Positions 47,622-55,727 of a stretch of DNA of 64,000 nucleotides are shown here, one piece after another; the first letter of the stretch is position 1, and each line of letters opens with the position of its first letter. The translations under genes and the position numbers were made by a program. Source of the DNA: Trueperaceae bacterium (GTDB lineage Bacteria; Deinococcota; Deinococci; Deinococcales; Trueperaceae); contig CBDCDZ010000004.1 of assembly GCA_965215565.1 (NCBI GenBank), forward strand, positions 2,432,001 to 2,496,000, read 5' to 3'. A model generated the notes under the pieces. That model was not told the origin of the DNA. It searched no databases and saw only the letters and a list, made by a program, of their open reading frames with translations.

Positions 47622-48227
47622 TCACTCCACCGGCTTAACGACAACTCGCCTGTCGCGCCCCTCACCAGACGACTCACTCCTGACCGACGGGTCATCGGCG
47701 AGCGTCATGTGAATAACGCGGCGCTCGCCCGCGTTCATCGGGTCAAGCTCAACAGCGAAACCTGTTTTGCGCACCCGCGCCGCCGCTTTGCGCGCCTCAC
47801 CTCTCAACCTGTCGTCGCGGCGCGCCTTGTAACCGCCCACGTCGATGTTAACGCGCACATTGCCCTCTGACTTATCACGGGTCTCATCACGGTTGATGAC
47901 GGCGTTGGTGAGGTACTCCAGAGCCGCTAAGGTGCGCCCGCCGCGCCCGATAATCTTACCGGGATCGCCGCCGGTGATATCTATGATGACTTCGTCTTCG
48001 TCTGCGCGCCTAACTTCAACCGCGTAGCCAGGGTCGATGTTGAGGAGCAGATGGACTAAGAACGATTCGCAGCGCTCCGCCGCGTCGCCTTCGATCACGA
48101 GCGGCGCGACGAAGGGTTGTGAGGGAGCTGATTTGGGTAGTTCGGGCGTGGCAGACTCCTCTTCACCTGTATTGATGCCGAGGTTATCGAGGTACGTATC
48201 CAAATCGTTATTCTTATCGTCAGCCAC
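47622..48227 (-). CDS. jag: Jag/KhpB RNA-binding protein (KH + R3H)
   Basis: IIGRGGRTL.ALEY, ERRVIH, SESSGEG..R; follows yidC. Confidence 0.92.
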   Translation of the reverse strand: MADDKNNDLDTYLDNLGINTGEEESATPELPKSAPSQPFVAPLVIEGDAAERCESFLVHLLLNIDPGYAVEVRRADEDEVIIDITGGDPGKIIGRGGRTLAALEYLTNAVINRDETRDKSEGNVRVNIDVGGYKARRDDRLRGEARKAAARVRKTGFAVELDPMNAGERRVIHMTLADDPSVRSESSGEGRDRRVVVKPVE

Positions 48228-48297
48228 ACTAGCTCCTTAACATTGGTTTACAGGATGATAGATAATGCTTCGTTTTGACCTTTTGCGCTCTCTTTCG

Positions 48298-49887
48298 TTA
48301 CTTTGCTTTCGCCTGAGCGGTCGCAGCGGGGGGCGTAGACGTACGCTTAATGAGGAACTGCTGGAAGACTTGCACGACCATTGAGGTGATGAGGTAGAGC
48401 GTCACACCAGCGGGAAAGTTGAAGATGAAAAAGACGAACACACCGCTCATCAGGAGTTGCTGGCGAAGCGACTGCATGTTACCTTGCGCCGATACGAACG
48501 CTTGGCCCGCCATCACCACGACGTAGAGGAGCGGCAAGATGTAGTACGGATCGTTGAGACCCAAGTCGGGAATCCACAAAAAACCCTCGTTGAATTCGAA
48601 GTTGATAAAAACGCGCCACAAGATGATGAAGATAGGCATCTGCACAAGAATCGGCAAGCAGCCCCCCGCCGGGTTGACGCCCGCTTCCTTGTAGAGTTTC
48701 ATCGTTTCTTCAGTGAGCTTTTCGCGGTTGTCCTTATGTTTCTTTTGCAAGGTCTGCAGCTTGGGCTGAAGCTGCTGCATCCCCATCATCGACTTTGTCT
48801 GCGTGGCGATAAGCGGCCACACCAAGATGCGAAAGAGGAGCGTCAGCACGATAATGGAGAGTCCCCAGTTGCCGACGACGCCGTGAATCGTCTCTAACGC
48901 GACGACAATGCCCAGTGAGACGCGCCCTAAGATGTTGGGTCTGAAGAGGCCGGGCAAGTCGAGATAGTTCTCTTGCAGATAGCGCACCATCTCATTAGGG
49001 CCGCCGTACACCTCTAAGTCTAAAGTTACAGAGGCGTTCGCTTGACTTGGCAGCGTCTTAGCCAGCGCGATCTGACGCCCTGAGCGCGGCAGAGCGGCGA
49101 GGTCCTGTCCGCCTGCGCCTTCGGCGTTCGGATCAGGGCGCATAACGATGGCGAAGGCGCGGTTGTTGTTGTTGTTTTGTAGCGAGATGTAAGAGGGATT
49201 CTGGACGGGCTGCGACACGGGGTTGAGCGTAAAGTTTTCGCCTTGCCCTATTTTTATGACGGGCGTATTTTGTCGTCCGATACCGGAATAGGCGTACTGC
49301 ACCTCTACGGGCTCTTCGCCCGCCTCGGCGCGAGTAACGGTAACCTCTACATCTACCGAATTTCTGGCTGAGCTGACTAGAATGGTCTTTTCGACTGCGT
49401 AGCCGTTCGTCTGGTAGGAAAACTCGCCTAAGAGCGCGTCTTCGCCGTTACGCTCGACCTCTTGCCAGTTGCTCTCGGCGGTTTCGGGCTCGAGCCTCTC
49501 CCCGCCTACAAAAACCGCACCTCCAGGTATTTGCGCGGTGTACGGAATGAGGTTTTGGTTGTTGTTGAGGTTGTAGTTACCGCTGAAGTCTTGCCCGCGC
49601 TGCTGCTTAGCGAAAAGCGCAACGACTTCGCCGCTCTCGTCGAAGATATAGTCGACGCTCTTCGTGGTGATGAGCTTGAGGTCTTGACCTCTTACGTCGC
49701 ACCAAAATGAGCTAGGGTTTGGGGTGCAAAGCTCATCCAACTCTTCCGCGTTGCTAAACTGCGAGGCGCTAAAATCCTGGATACCGAACGTAACCCTGGC
49801 AAACGCAAACGAAACCAGAACGAGCGCGGCGAGGAGCGCGAGCGCCGAAAATACTTTACCTTTCAAAATTCCTCCGGGTGAGGGCAC
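48298..49887 (-). CDS. yidC: Membrane protein insertase YidC
   Basis: NWGLSII.LT, LYKEAGVNPAGGCLP, DPYYILP, PAGV.LY; operon context; start uncertain. Confidence 0.93.
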   Translation of the reverse strand: MPSPGGILKGKVFSALALLAALVLVSFAFARVTFGIQDFSASQFSNAEELDELCTPNPSSFWCDVRGQDLKLITTKSVDYIFDESGEVVALFAKQQRGQDFSGNYNLNNNQNLIPYTAQIPGGAVFVGGERLEPETAESNWQEVERNGEDALLGEFSYQTNGYAVEKTILVSSARNSVDVEVTVTRAEAGEEPVEVQYAYSGIGRQNTPVIKIGQGENFTLNPVSQPVQNPSYISLQNNNNNRAFAIVMRPDPNAEGAGGQDLAALPRSGRQIALAKTLPSQANASVTLDLEVYGGPNEMVRYLQENYLDLPGLFRPNILGRVSLGIVVALETIHGVVGNWGLSIIVLTLLFRILVWPLIATQTKSMMGMQQLQPKLQTLQKKHKDNREKLTEETMKLYKEAGVNPAGGCLPILVQMPIFIILWRVFINFEFNEGFLWIPDLGLNDPYYILPLLYVVVMAGQAFVSAQGNMQSLRQQLLMSGVFVFFIFNFPAGVTLYLITSMVVQVFQQFLIKRTSTPPAATAQAKAK

Positions 49888-49950
49888 GCCTTTGACGTGT
49901 CACCTTATGCGTGATGTTTCCCTCAGCGTTGTTTCGTACTGGGTGGCGGC

Positions 49951-50235
49951 TCACTTCGCGTCTCTCGAGGTGTGACCTACTTGGGTTGGAACGGGATCGA
50001 GCCCGCCAGGGTGAAACGGATGGCATTTGAGCACGCGCTTCAGCGCCAGATAGCTTCCTTTAAGGACACCGTGCCGCACAACCGCGTCCACGGCGTACTT
50101 GCTACACGTCGGGTGAAAGCGGCAGCTCGGACTTGCCTTGAGCGGTGACAAAAAGCGGCGGTATGTGCGCAGCGGAAGCAGCGCGAGTTGCTGCGCGAAC
50201 GACAGCTTGGTAGGAGCTTTCGCATCCTCTCTCAC
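49951..50235 (-). CDS. yidD: Membrane protein insertion efficiency factor
   Basis: [21 protein letters not shown]. Confidence 0.93.
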   Translation of the reverse strand: MREDAKAPTKLSFAQQLALLPLRTYRRFLSPLKASPSCRFHPTCSKYAVDAVVRHGVLKGSYLALKRVLKCHPFHPGGLDPVPTQVGHTSRDAK

Positions 50236-50570
50236 AGCGCTCCGCCCTTTTTGAGCGCGTAACGCAGCGCATCTTTGAGCTGCCAGTAGTCCGCGTCAGC
50301 GGCAACGGGTCTCGCGATGACGACGAGGTCGAAAGTTTTAGAAACCTTACCTTCTACAGTGAGCGCCCGAAGTGCCTCGCGTAGACGGCGGCGCACGCGG
50401 TTTCTCACCACGGCGTTGCCGACTTTTTTCGACACGACGATACCGACGCGCACACACGTTTCGCGGTTGCCGCGCCAGCGGAGGCTCAAAAGCTTTGCGT
50501 GCCCCGCCTTGCCGCGCCGCATCCTCTGAAACGCGCGGTCACCCTTCAAGGAGCAGACCGGCGTCACCAT
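50232..50570 (-). CDS. rnpA: Ribonuclease P protein component
   Basis: [24 protein letters not shown]. Confidence 0.95.
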   Translation of the reverse strand: MVTPVCSLKGDRAFQRMRRGKAGHAKLLSLRWRGNRETCVRVGIVVSKKVGNAVVRNRVRRRLREALRALTVEGKVSKTFDLVVIARPVAADADYWQLKDALRYALKKGGAL

Positions 50571-50575
50571 AAGGG

Positions 50576-50719
50576 TTACTCGTCAGAGACGGAGAGCTTG
50601 GTGCGGCCTTTGGCGCGGCGGCGCTTAATGATGTTGCGGCCCGTCGAGGTCTTCATGCGAGCGCGGAAGCCGTGCGTCTTGGCACGCTTGCGCTTGTTGG
50701 GTTGATAGGTTCTTTTCAT
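50576..50719 (-). CDS. rpmH: 50S ribosomal protein L34
   Basis: [29 protein letters not shown]. Confidence 0.97.
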   Translation of the reverse strand: MKRTYQPNKRKRAKTHGFRARMKTSTGRNIIKRRRAKGRTKLSVSDE

Positions 50720-51149
50720 CTCATTCCTCCAGTAGGGTGGGTGCGGGTTAAAGGGCGCAACTCCCAAGTACGCCGAGGAACCATGCGCCGACAAGACGTA
50801 AGAGCATACCATAGGTAGGGGTGTGGACGCTAGGCATGTCGATGCAAAGCTCGAACCAAGTTTGGCGCAATCAAGGACCGCTCGCCGACGCCCTAAACGA
50901 AGTGACGTCCTAAAATGGATACAAAAGCAGCTTCCTCAACTCATCTTTTAGCTCGCCTAGCAGAAGGCGAAACTCTTCGCATGAGGCCAAGTCTGCGCTT
51001 CGTTCTTCAGCGTGGACGGGGCGATGGACGTGCTCTGTTCGAGTCCCGCCACCCCGCTTCAAAACGGACCCCCTCTCGGTGTGACGAATGCACATCTCCC
51101 GCGCCCATTACGCGCTACACTTACTTCAAGTTCAGGGAGACCTGAACGA

Positions 51150-51223
51150 CTTCGGAAGCGATGACGTTTGTTCTGTATCTGGGCGCTTGGAACAAGCTGA
51201 GCTAGTAGCGCACCCGGCCGAGG
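51150..51223 (+). ncRNA. c-di-GMP-II riboswitch aptamer 1 (variant junction GCACCCG)
   Basis: CGGAAGCGATGA...TGGGCGCTTG...GAGCTAGTAGCGCACCCGGCCG; P1 CTTCGG/CCGAGG, kink-turn, pseudoknot GCGCT/AGCGC. Confidence 0.85.
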
Positions 51224-51331
51224 GTGAACAACTCGCTTTTCACAAAGAAGTTTAGCCTCGGGCAAACTTCAATCTGCGAACCTCACTCGAGCAGCCGGGC
51301 TAAGTGCCCCTGGTCGAGCGTTTCTTATGGC

Positions 51332-51407
51332 GTTCGGAGGCGATGAACCGATTCTCCCTATTTGGGCATCATGGGACTCGGGGAGCCAGTGATGCAACCG
51401 GCCGAAC
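51332..51407 (+). ncRNA. c-di-GMP-II riboswitch aptamer 2
   Basis: CGGAGGCGATGA...TTGGGCATCATG...GAGCCAGTGATGCAACCGGCCG; compensatory pairs GGC/GCC and GCATCA/TGATGC relative to the other copies. Confidence 0.88.
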
Positions 51408-51415
51408 TTAGGGTA

Positions 51416-51524
51416 TATCGGTTTCACAGTTACTGAGCTTGAATCACGCAGATATCATCTTTGAATATGCGTGCTAAGCCGTGCTTTTTCGACAGAGCGC
51501 GTCCGTAACCAGATGATACCTGCT
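51416..51524 (+). mobile_element. TAGCAG/CTGCTA miniature repeat element, copy 6 (degenerate left end)
   Basis: ACTGAGCTTGAATCACGC (shared with 59202-59292), GCAGATATCATC..GCGTGCTA, ACCAGATGATACCTGCT. Confidence 0.75.
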
Positions 51525-51565
51525 CTACAAGGTGGTTGTGTCCATTCCACGAAAGGGTGGTTTGG

Positions 51566-52039
51566 ATGCGCAAAAGATTTTTATTTTTCGTTCTCGTAGT
51601 TTTAGGTTTAGCCAACGTCGCAGCGGCGCAAAGAAGTAGCAGCCACGACGTTAGCCTCAGCATCCCCAACATTCTCAGACTCAAAATTGACGATAGCGCG
51701 ACTCAAGACCGAGCGGACGTCGGTATCGACATTCGCGTGTCGAGCGGCGCGTTCGAAATCGCGCCTGCGGGTAGCAGCGTCCGGGTCATGGCGAACAGCG
51801 CGTGGCAGCTCTCCGCGAGCTACGTCCCAGCGAGCGAAGCGGACGCGGCGGCGCAGCTTATGTGGCGAGCCGAAGCGGATGAAAGCGGCTGGGAGCGCTT
51901 CACCTCTTATCCGCAGATCGTCGAACGCGGCGAGAATACGAGGGGCTGGCAGAATTTTGATCTTCGCTACGGGCTCCAGAGCCTACCAGCGGACGGGCAC
52001 TACCAGGGTACGGTGACCTATACGGTGACGCGCCCCTAA
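51566..52039 (+). CDS. Secreted pilin-like subunit 1
   Basis: Signal peptide; SHDVSLSIP N-terminal strand; C-terminal GHYQGTVTYTVTRP. Confidence 0.7.
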   Translation: MRKRFLFFVLVVLGLANVAAAQRSSSHDVSLSIPNILRLKIDDSATQDRADVGIDIRVSSGAFEIAPAGSSVRVMANSAWQLSASYVPASEADAAAQLMWRAEADESGWERFTSYPQIVERGENTRGWQNFDLRYGLQSLPADGHYQGTVTYTVTRP

Positions 52040-52419
52040 TAAGGTACTACCCAGAATTTTGAATAGAAGCGCGAGGAGCTAAGCTCTATCTAAGCTTAGC
52101 CCCTTCTCGAGACCTCTTCTCGAAACTTATACCTCTATCATCGGGGCAACCCTTTCACGCTCCAAGGTGCATAGCGTTTCGCAAGACCTTCTTGAGACGC
52201 TACAACCTCTTGCAAATTGAGCTAGCTAAGGCGCTCCGAACGCGGCGACTTTTCGTGATATTTTTACACCTTTGAGCGGTTCCCTTCCGCGCGAACTTAG
52301 TGGAGTTTTTAACGTCTCTGAGCCACTTTCTTGTCAGAATTTTGTAAGAGCAAATCCGTATACTAATTTTAGTTAAACGCTCCTCCGCAACCCCAAATTC
52401 ACCCACGCGGAGGGTTCCT

Positions 52420-52492
52420 TTCGGAAGCGATGAAGTCTTGACCCGTACTTGGGCGCTTGGGCAAGATGGAGCTAGTAGCGCAACCGGCCGAA
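52420..52492 (+). ncRNA. c-di-GMP-II riboswitch aptamer 3
   Basis: CGGAAGCGATGA...TTGGGCGCTTG...GAGCTAGTAGCGCAACCGGCCG; ends about 9 nt before the SD of the 52513 gene. Confidence 0.92.
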
Positions 52493-52512
52493 CCTATTCC
52501 GGGAGGAATACA

Positions 52513-53040
52513 ATGAAGAAAGTTTTTGGTTTACTCGCAGCCGCAGCCGTCCTCAGCACCAGCGTCGCCTTTGCTCAAGAGCAGCAGAGCCACGAAGTCG
52601 AGATTAAAATCCCGGACGTCTTAGGTATCCGCTTGACGAATGGAAACAGCAACGACGCAGTCGCTGAACCCACCGCTGTCTCCTTCATCTTAAATGACGG
52701 TCAGCTATCGTTCGACGGCGGTACGTTTAATCCAAGCAACTTAGGTGAGGGTAACTGGGACGACGTCAAGGTGTTCTCTAACCAATCCGGCTTCGACGTC
52801 AAGGTAGGCGTTGCGAACGGTCTCAGCTTCGACTGGACCAAAGTATCGGTTGCAGCAGACGGCTTAGCCAGCCCGTTCACCTTAGGCGCACTCAACCCTA
52901 ACATCATCACGAGTGCCGCAAAGACAAATGCGTGGACGAGCTTAGGCTTCGGTCCCGACGACTTCAAGCTCACGCTCGACGGCTCTGAAGATGCGGGCGA
53001 CTACAGCACCGAAGTAACCTACACCATCTCCCTTCCTTAA
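52513..53040 (+). CDS. Secreted pilin-like subunit 2 (candidate major subunit)
   Basis: ATG 52513 after GGAGG; signal peptide ending AFA; SHEVEIKIP; LDGSEDAGDYSTEVTYTISLP; own riboswitch and 3' hairpin. Confidence 0.75.
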   Translation: MKKVFGLLAAAAVLSTSVAFAQEQQSHEVEIKIPDVLGIRLTNGNSNDAVAEPTAVSFILNDGQLSFDGGTFNPSNLGEGNWDDVKVFSNQSGFDVKVGVANGLSFDWTKVSVAADGLASPFTLGALNPNIITSAAKTNAWTSLGFGPDDFKLTLDGSEDAGDYSTEVTYTISLP

Positions 53041-53060
53041 AACTAGCTAGATTCAAGGTC

Positions 53061-53083
53061 AGCCGCCGCATCTTGCGGCGGCT
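53061..53083 (+). terminator. GC-rich hairpin after the candidate major subunit (partial terminator or mRNA stabiliser)
   Basis: AGCCGCCGCA-TCT-TGCGGCGGCT with weak U tail. Confidence 0.6.
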
Positions 53084-53110
53084 ATCTTATCGTGAAAGGG
53101 GGAAGCTGTA

Positions 53111-53761
53111 ATGACACAGTTGCCATACGCTCGAGCTAAGCGTCTAAGACTCGCCAGAGCGTTCGCTTGTCTCGTCCTCATCTGCGCCGCACTCCACATG
53201 TCACTCGCCTCCGCGCAACAGGCTGACCATAAGACCGAGGTGTACATACCGAGCTACCTGGGCATCCGTATCATCAATGACGCCGGTGCCGCGCGCGGCT
53301 CGCCCGCGGTCAACTTCGACTACACTTCGGACGTGTCGGCTTACACGGACGCCTACAAAGGACCAGGGTACATAGGCGCTTCGGAGGTCACTGACTTTGC
53401 CGACGTGCAGGTGTCGGTACGTACCGGCTTCGCGTTTCCACTGTGGTACGTAACCGCTCAAGCGTCGCCGCTAGCCTACGAAGGTAGTCAGGGAGGTGCG
53501 GGACTTACTTTGGGAGATATCGAAGTGGTGCGTGGCTCGGTTTCTGGTCTCAACCAAGGAGCAGTCGTAGGGGGGTTAGGGCGTGTATTCGACGCCTGGA
53601 CGCTCGCTGTCAATCCTCAGCCAGTCGCCTATAGCTTTATCGGAACCTACGGATGGCGGTCTCTAGGCTTTAACGGTCTGGACTACCGCGTGGCTGTAGA
53701 CGGCGACGAAGACCCAGGCGAATATTCCACAACGGTGACCTATGCAATTTTCTATCCTTAG
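53111..53761 (+). CDS. Secreted pilin-like subunit 3
   Basis: Signal peptide; DHKTEVYIP; VDGDEDPGEYSTTVTYAIFYP. Confidence 0.7.
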   Translation: MTQLPYARAKRLRLARAFACLVLICAALHMSLASAQQADHKTEVYIPSYLGIRIINDAGAARGSPAVNFDYTSDVSAYTDAYKGPGYIGASEVTDFADVQVSVRTGFAFPLWYVTAQASPLAYEGSQGGAGLTLGDIEVVRGSVSGLNQGAVVGGLGRVFDAWTLAVNPQPVAYSFIGTYGWRSLGFNGLDYRVAVDGDEDPGEYSTTVTYAIFYP

Positions 53762-53765
53762 AGCT

Positions 53766-54545
53766 ATGGTCACCTCTTCCGCGAGAACGCTCGCCTTCTC
53801 CATACTGACGCTGCTCTTGGCTTCTTTTGCCCAAGCGTCCGACATCGGTCTCTCTCCACCTCGTCTCGCTCTCACAGGCAGCCCGGGGCAAACGCTCACC
53901 GAAACCATCATCTTAGTGACGGATAGCTCAGCGCCGCTACAAGTCAGCACGGAGATCAGCGACTGGACGCTCGACGCGACGGGCAACATCACCTTTTTAC
54001 CGGCGAACAGCTTAGAGCATAGCGCCGCCAACTGGATAAGCTTGGAGAGCACGGACTTTCTCTTGGAGCCCGACTCGAGCCGCGAACTGCGCGTCTCCGT
54101 CACGATTCCGCCTGACGCCAAAGGCGGCACCTATCACGACATGGTGTTCTTCCGCGTGGTGCCGCCCGAGTCAGTTCTTTCGGGCGTCGGCGTCGTGACC
54201 ACGACGCGCATCGGTCTGACGGTCTACATCACGGTGGCGGGCTCGGAGCAAAACAGCGCTGAAGTGGTGGACTTTTTTCAGCAGGACGAAGCCTCACTCA
54301 TGCTAGCAGTCGCCAACACGGGCAACACGCTCATGCGCTTGGGTGGCAACGTCGAGCTGCGCGACGAGACGGGCGAGGTTAGGTACACCGTGGAGGTCCC
54401 TGACGTGCCAGTTCTCCGCGACAGCGAGCGCGAGGTCTTACTTCCCTTGCCAGAAGTGGACGCGGGCTTCTACGTCGCTTTAGCGCTGATCCAGGACAGC
54501 CGGGGCGAACTGCTCGTGGCAGAGCTGCCGATCTCGGTTCCGTGA
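53766..54545 (+). CDS. PapD-like / DUF916-like fimbrial chaperone
   Basis: Signal peptide; IGLSPPRL; A.WI.L; V.V.IP.DA..GTY...VFF; V.NTGN...R..G two-Ig-domain pattern. Confidence 0.72.
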   Translation: MVTSSARTLAFSILTLLLASFAQASDIGLSPPRLALTGSPGQTLTETIILVTDSSAPLQVSTEISDWTLDATGNITFLPANSLEHSAANWISLESTDFLLEPDSSRELRVSVTIPPDAKGGTYHDMVFFRVVPPESVLSGVGVVTTTRIGLTVYITVAGSEQNSAEVVDFFQQDEASLMLAVANTGNTLMRLGGNVELRDETGEVRYTVEVPDVPVLRDSEREVLLPLPEVDAGFYVALALIQDSRGELLVAELPISVP

Positions 54546-55465
54546 AGATTGCGGCGAAAAGGCTAAGTGTCTGCTTAGCCTTTTTATGCTTTCTCTGCAC
54601 GCTATGTACGCTGAACCTAGCTGACGCGCAGAGGCTCCGCTTTCGCTCGTCCGGGCTCGTCACCTTCGCGCCGACGAGCGAGGTCTATTTGACGGCGCTG
54701 GGCGGCACCCTCGAGCCCGAATCCTCGAGCCCGGACGTTCGTATGCGCGTCGACAAGAGCCGCCGCTTTACCCTCAGCGTCGAGCCTACGCCTCGTCCGA
54801 GCGGCGCGCCCGAGTTACAGGCGCGCTACACCTTTACGACGAAAAGAGACGGCACGACAGTGACCCCCTGGCTACCGCTCAACGCTCCTTTTCAAAGCAC
54901 CTTTTCAAATATAGATAGACGCATGGACGTAAGTGTGGCGTACCGCGTACGGCTCACGGGTCAAGAGGTCGCGGGCAGCTATACGGTTGCGCTGACGTAC
55001 CGCGCGAACGATTCATCGGTGCGGCACGAGGTCCGCGTGGTCATCCCTACCGCAACGGCGCTGCGCTTAGATACCTCGCTCGTCACGGCGCAGAACGCCT
55101 TGCTCGACTTCGATTACGGCGGCGCGAACCTCAAAGCGTACTTGCGGGCTGTTGAAGCGCGCTCGCCTCTGAGCGCGACAGCGGATAACTTTCGCGCGCT
55201 CGAGGTCTTCAGCAACCACCCCCGGGGCTACACGGTCACAGTCGAAGTTGCGCAGCAAGACATCTCGCCTGGTGGCGACACGCTCGCCGATAGGCTCTAC
55301 CTCGCCGGGCAGCCCGCGAGGGGGCGGCGTTTTGTCAGCACGTCGCCGACGTACGGGTTCGAGCCGCTCATCTCGCCAGATGACTTCGCACTGCGCGTGG
55401 ACGGGCTCGAGGACCCCGGCCGCTATACCTTCCGCCTAACCTACGACGCGCGAGCGAACCCTTAG
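54542..55465 (+). CDS. Two-domain pilin-like protein (candidate tip subunit/adhesin)
   Basis: Signal peptide; two pilin-type C-terminal motifs (LTGQEVAGSYTVALTY and VDGLEDPGRYTFRLTY) with internal RHEVRVVIP strand. Confidence 0.65.
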   Translation: MKIAAKRLSVCLAFLCFLCTLCTLNLADAQRLRFRSSGLVTFAPTSEVYLTALGGTLEPESSSPDVRMRVDKSRRFTLSVEPTPRPSGAPELQARYTFTTKRDGTTVTPWLPLNAPFQSTFSNIDRRMDVSVAYRVRLTGQEVAGSYTVALTYRANDSSVRHEVRVVIPTATALRLDTSLVTAQNALLDFDYGGANLKAYLRAVEARSPLSATADNFRALEVFSNHPRGYTVTVEVAQQDISPGGDTLADRLYLAGQPARGRRFVSTSPTYGFEPLISPDDFALRVDGLEDPGRYTFRLTYDARANP

Positions 55466-55727
55466 GCTCACAAAAATGCCGCTTTATTCCCCGAGAGCGT
55501 CTACTCATGTTCGGGGGATATTCGAACATTTATCAAAAGACGCATAGCAGCCTAACTCAGTGGCTCTATCAAAAGTGGAGCCGAGTCGTCCCGCTCCTTA
55601 GAGGAAACCGAAATGCGCTGAGAGAATGACTGTTTGCCCTTTGCGAGCCCAACGATCCGTTTCCTCTGCATATCATGAACCTCTCAGCTCACCGCCGAGA
55701 AGTCCGCCTCCTACCGCAAGAGGTTCC

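Noticed and set aside
50915..51145. 76-aa ORF upstream of the riboswitches
   Set aside because: No SD or recognisable motif; probably untranslated leader, though a small protein cannot be excluded.
50720..51150. oriC/dnaA expected upstream of rpmH
   Set aside because: No dnaA ORF and no DnaA-box cluster; the region is the riboswitch leader.
52438..52512. N-terminal extension of the 200-aa ORF
   Set aside because: It overlaps riboswitch 3; the SD and signal peptide indicate ATG 52513.
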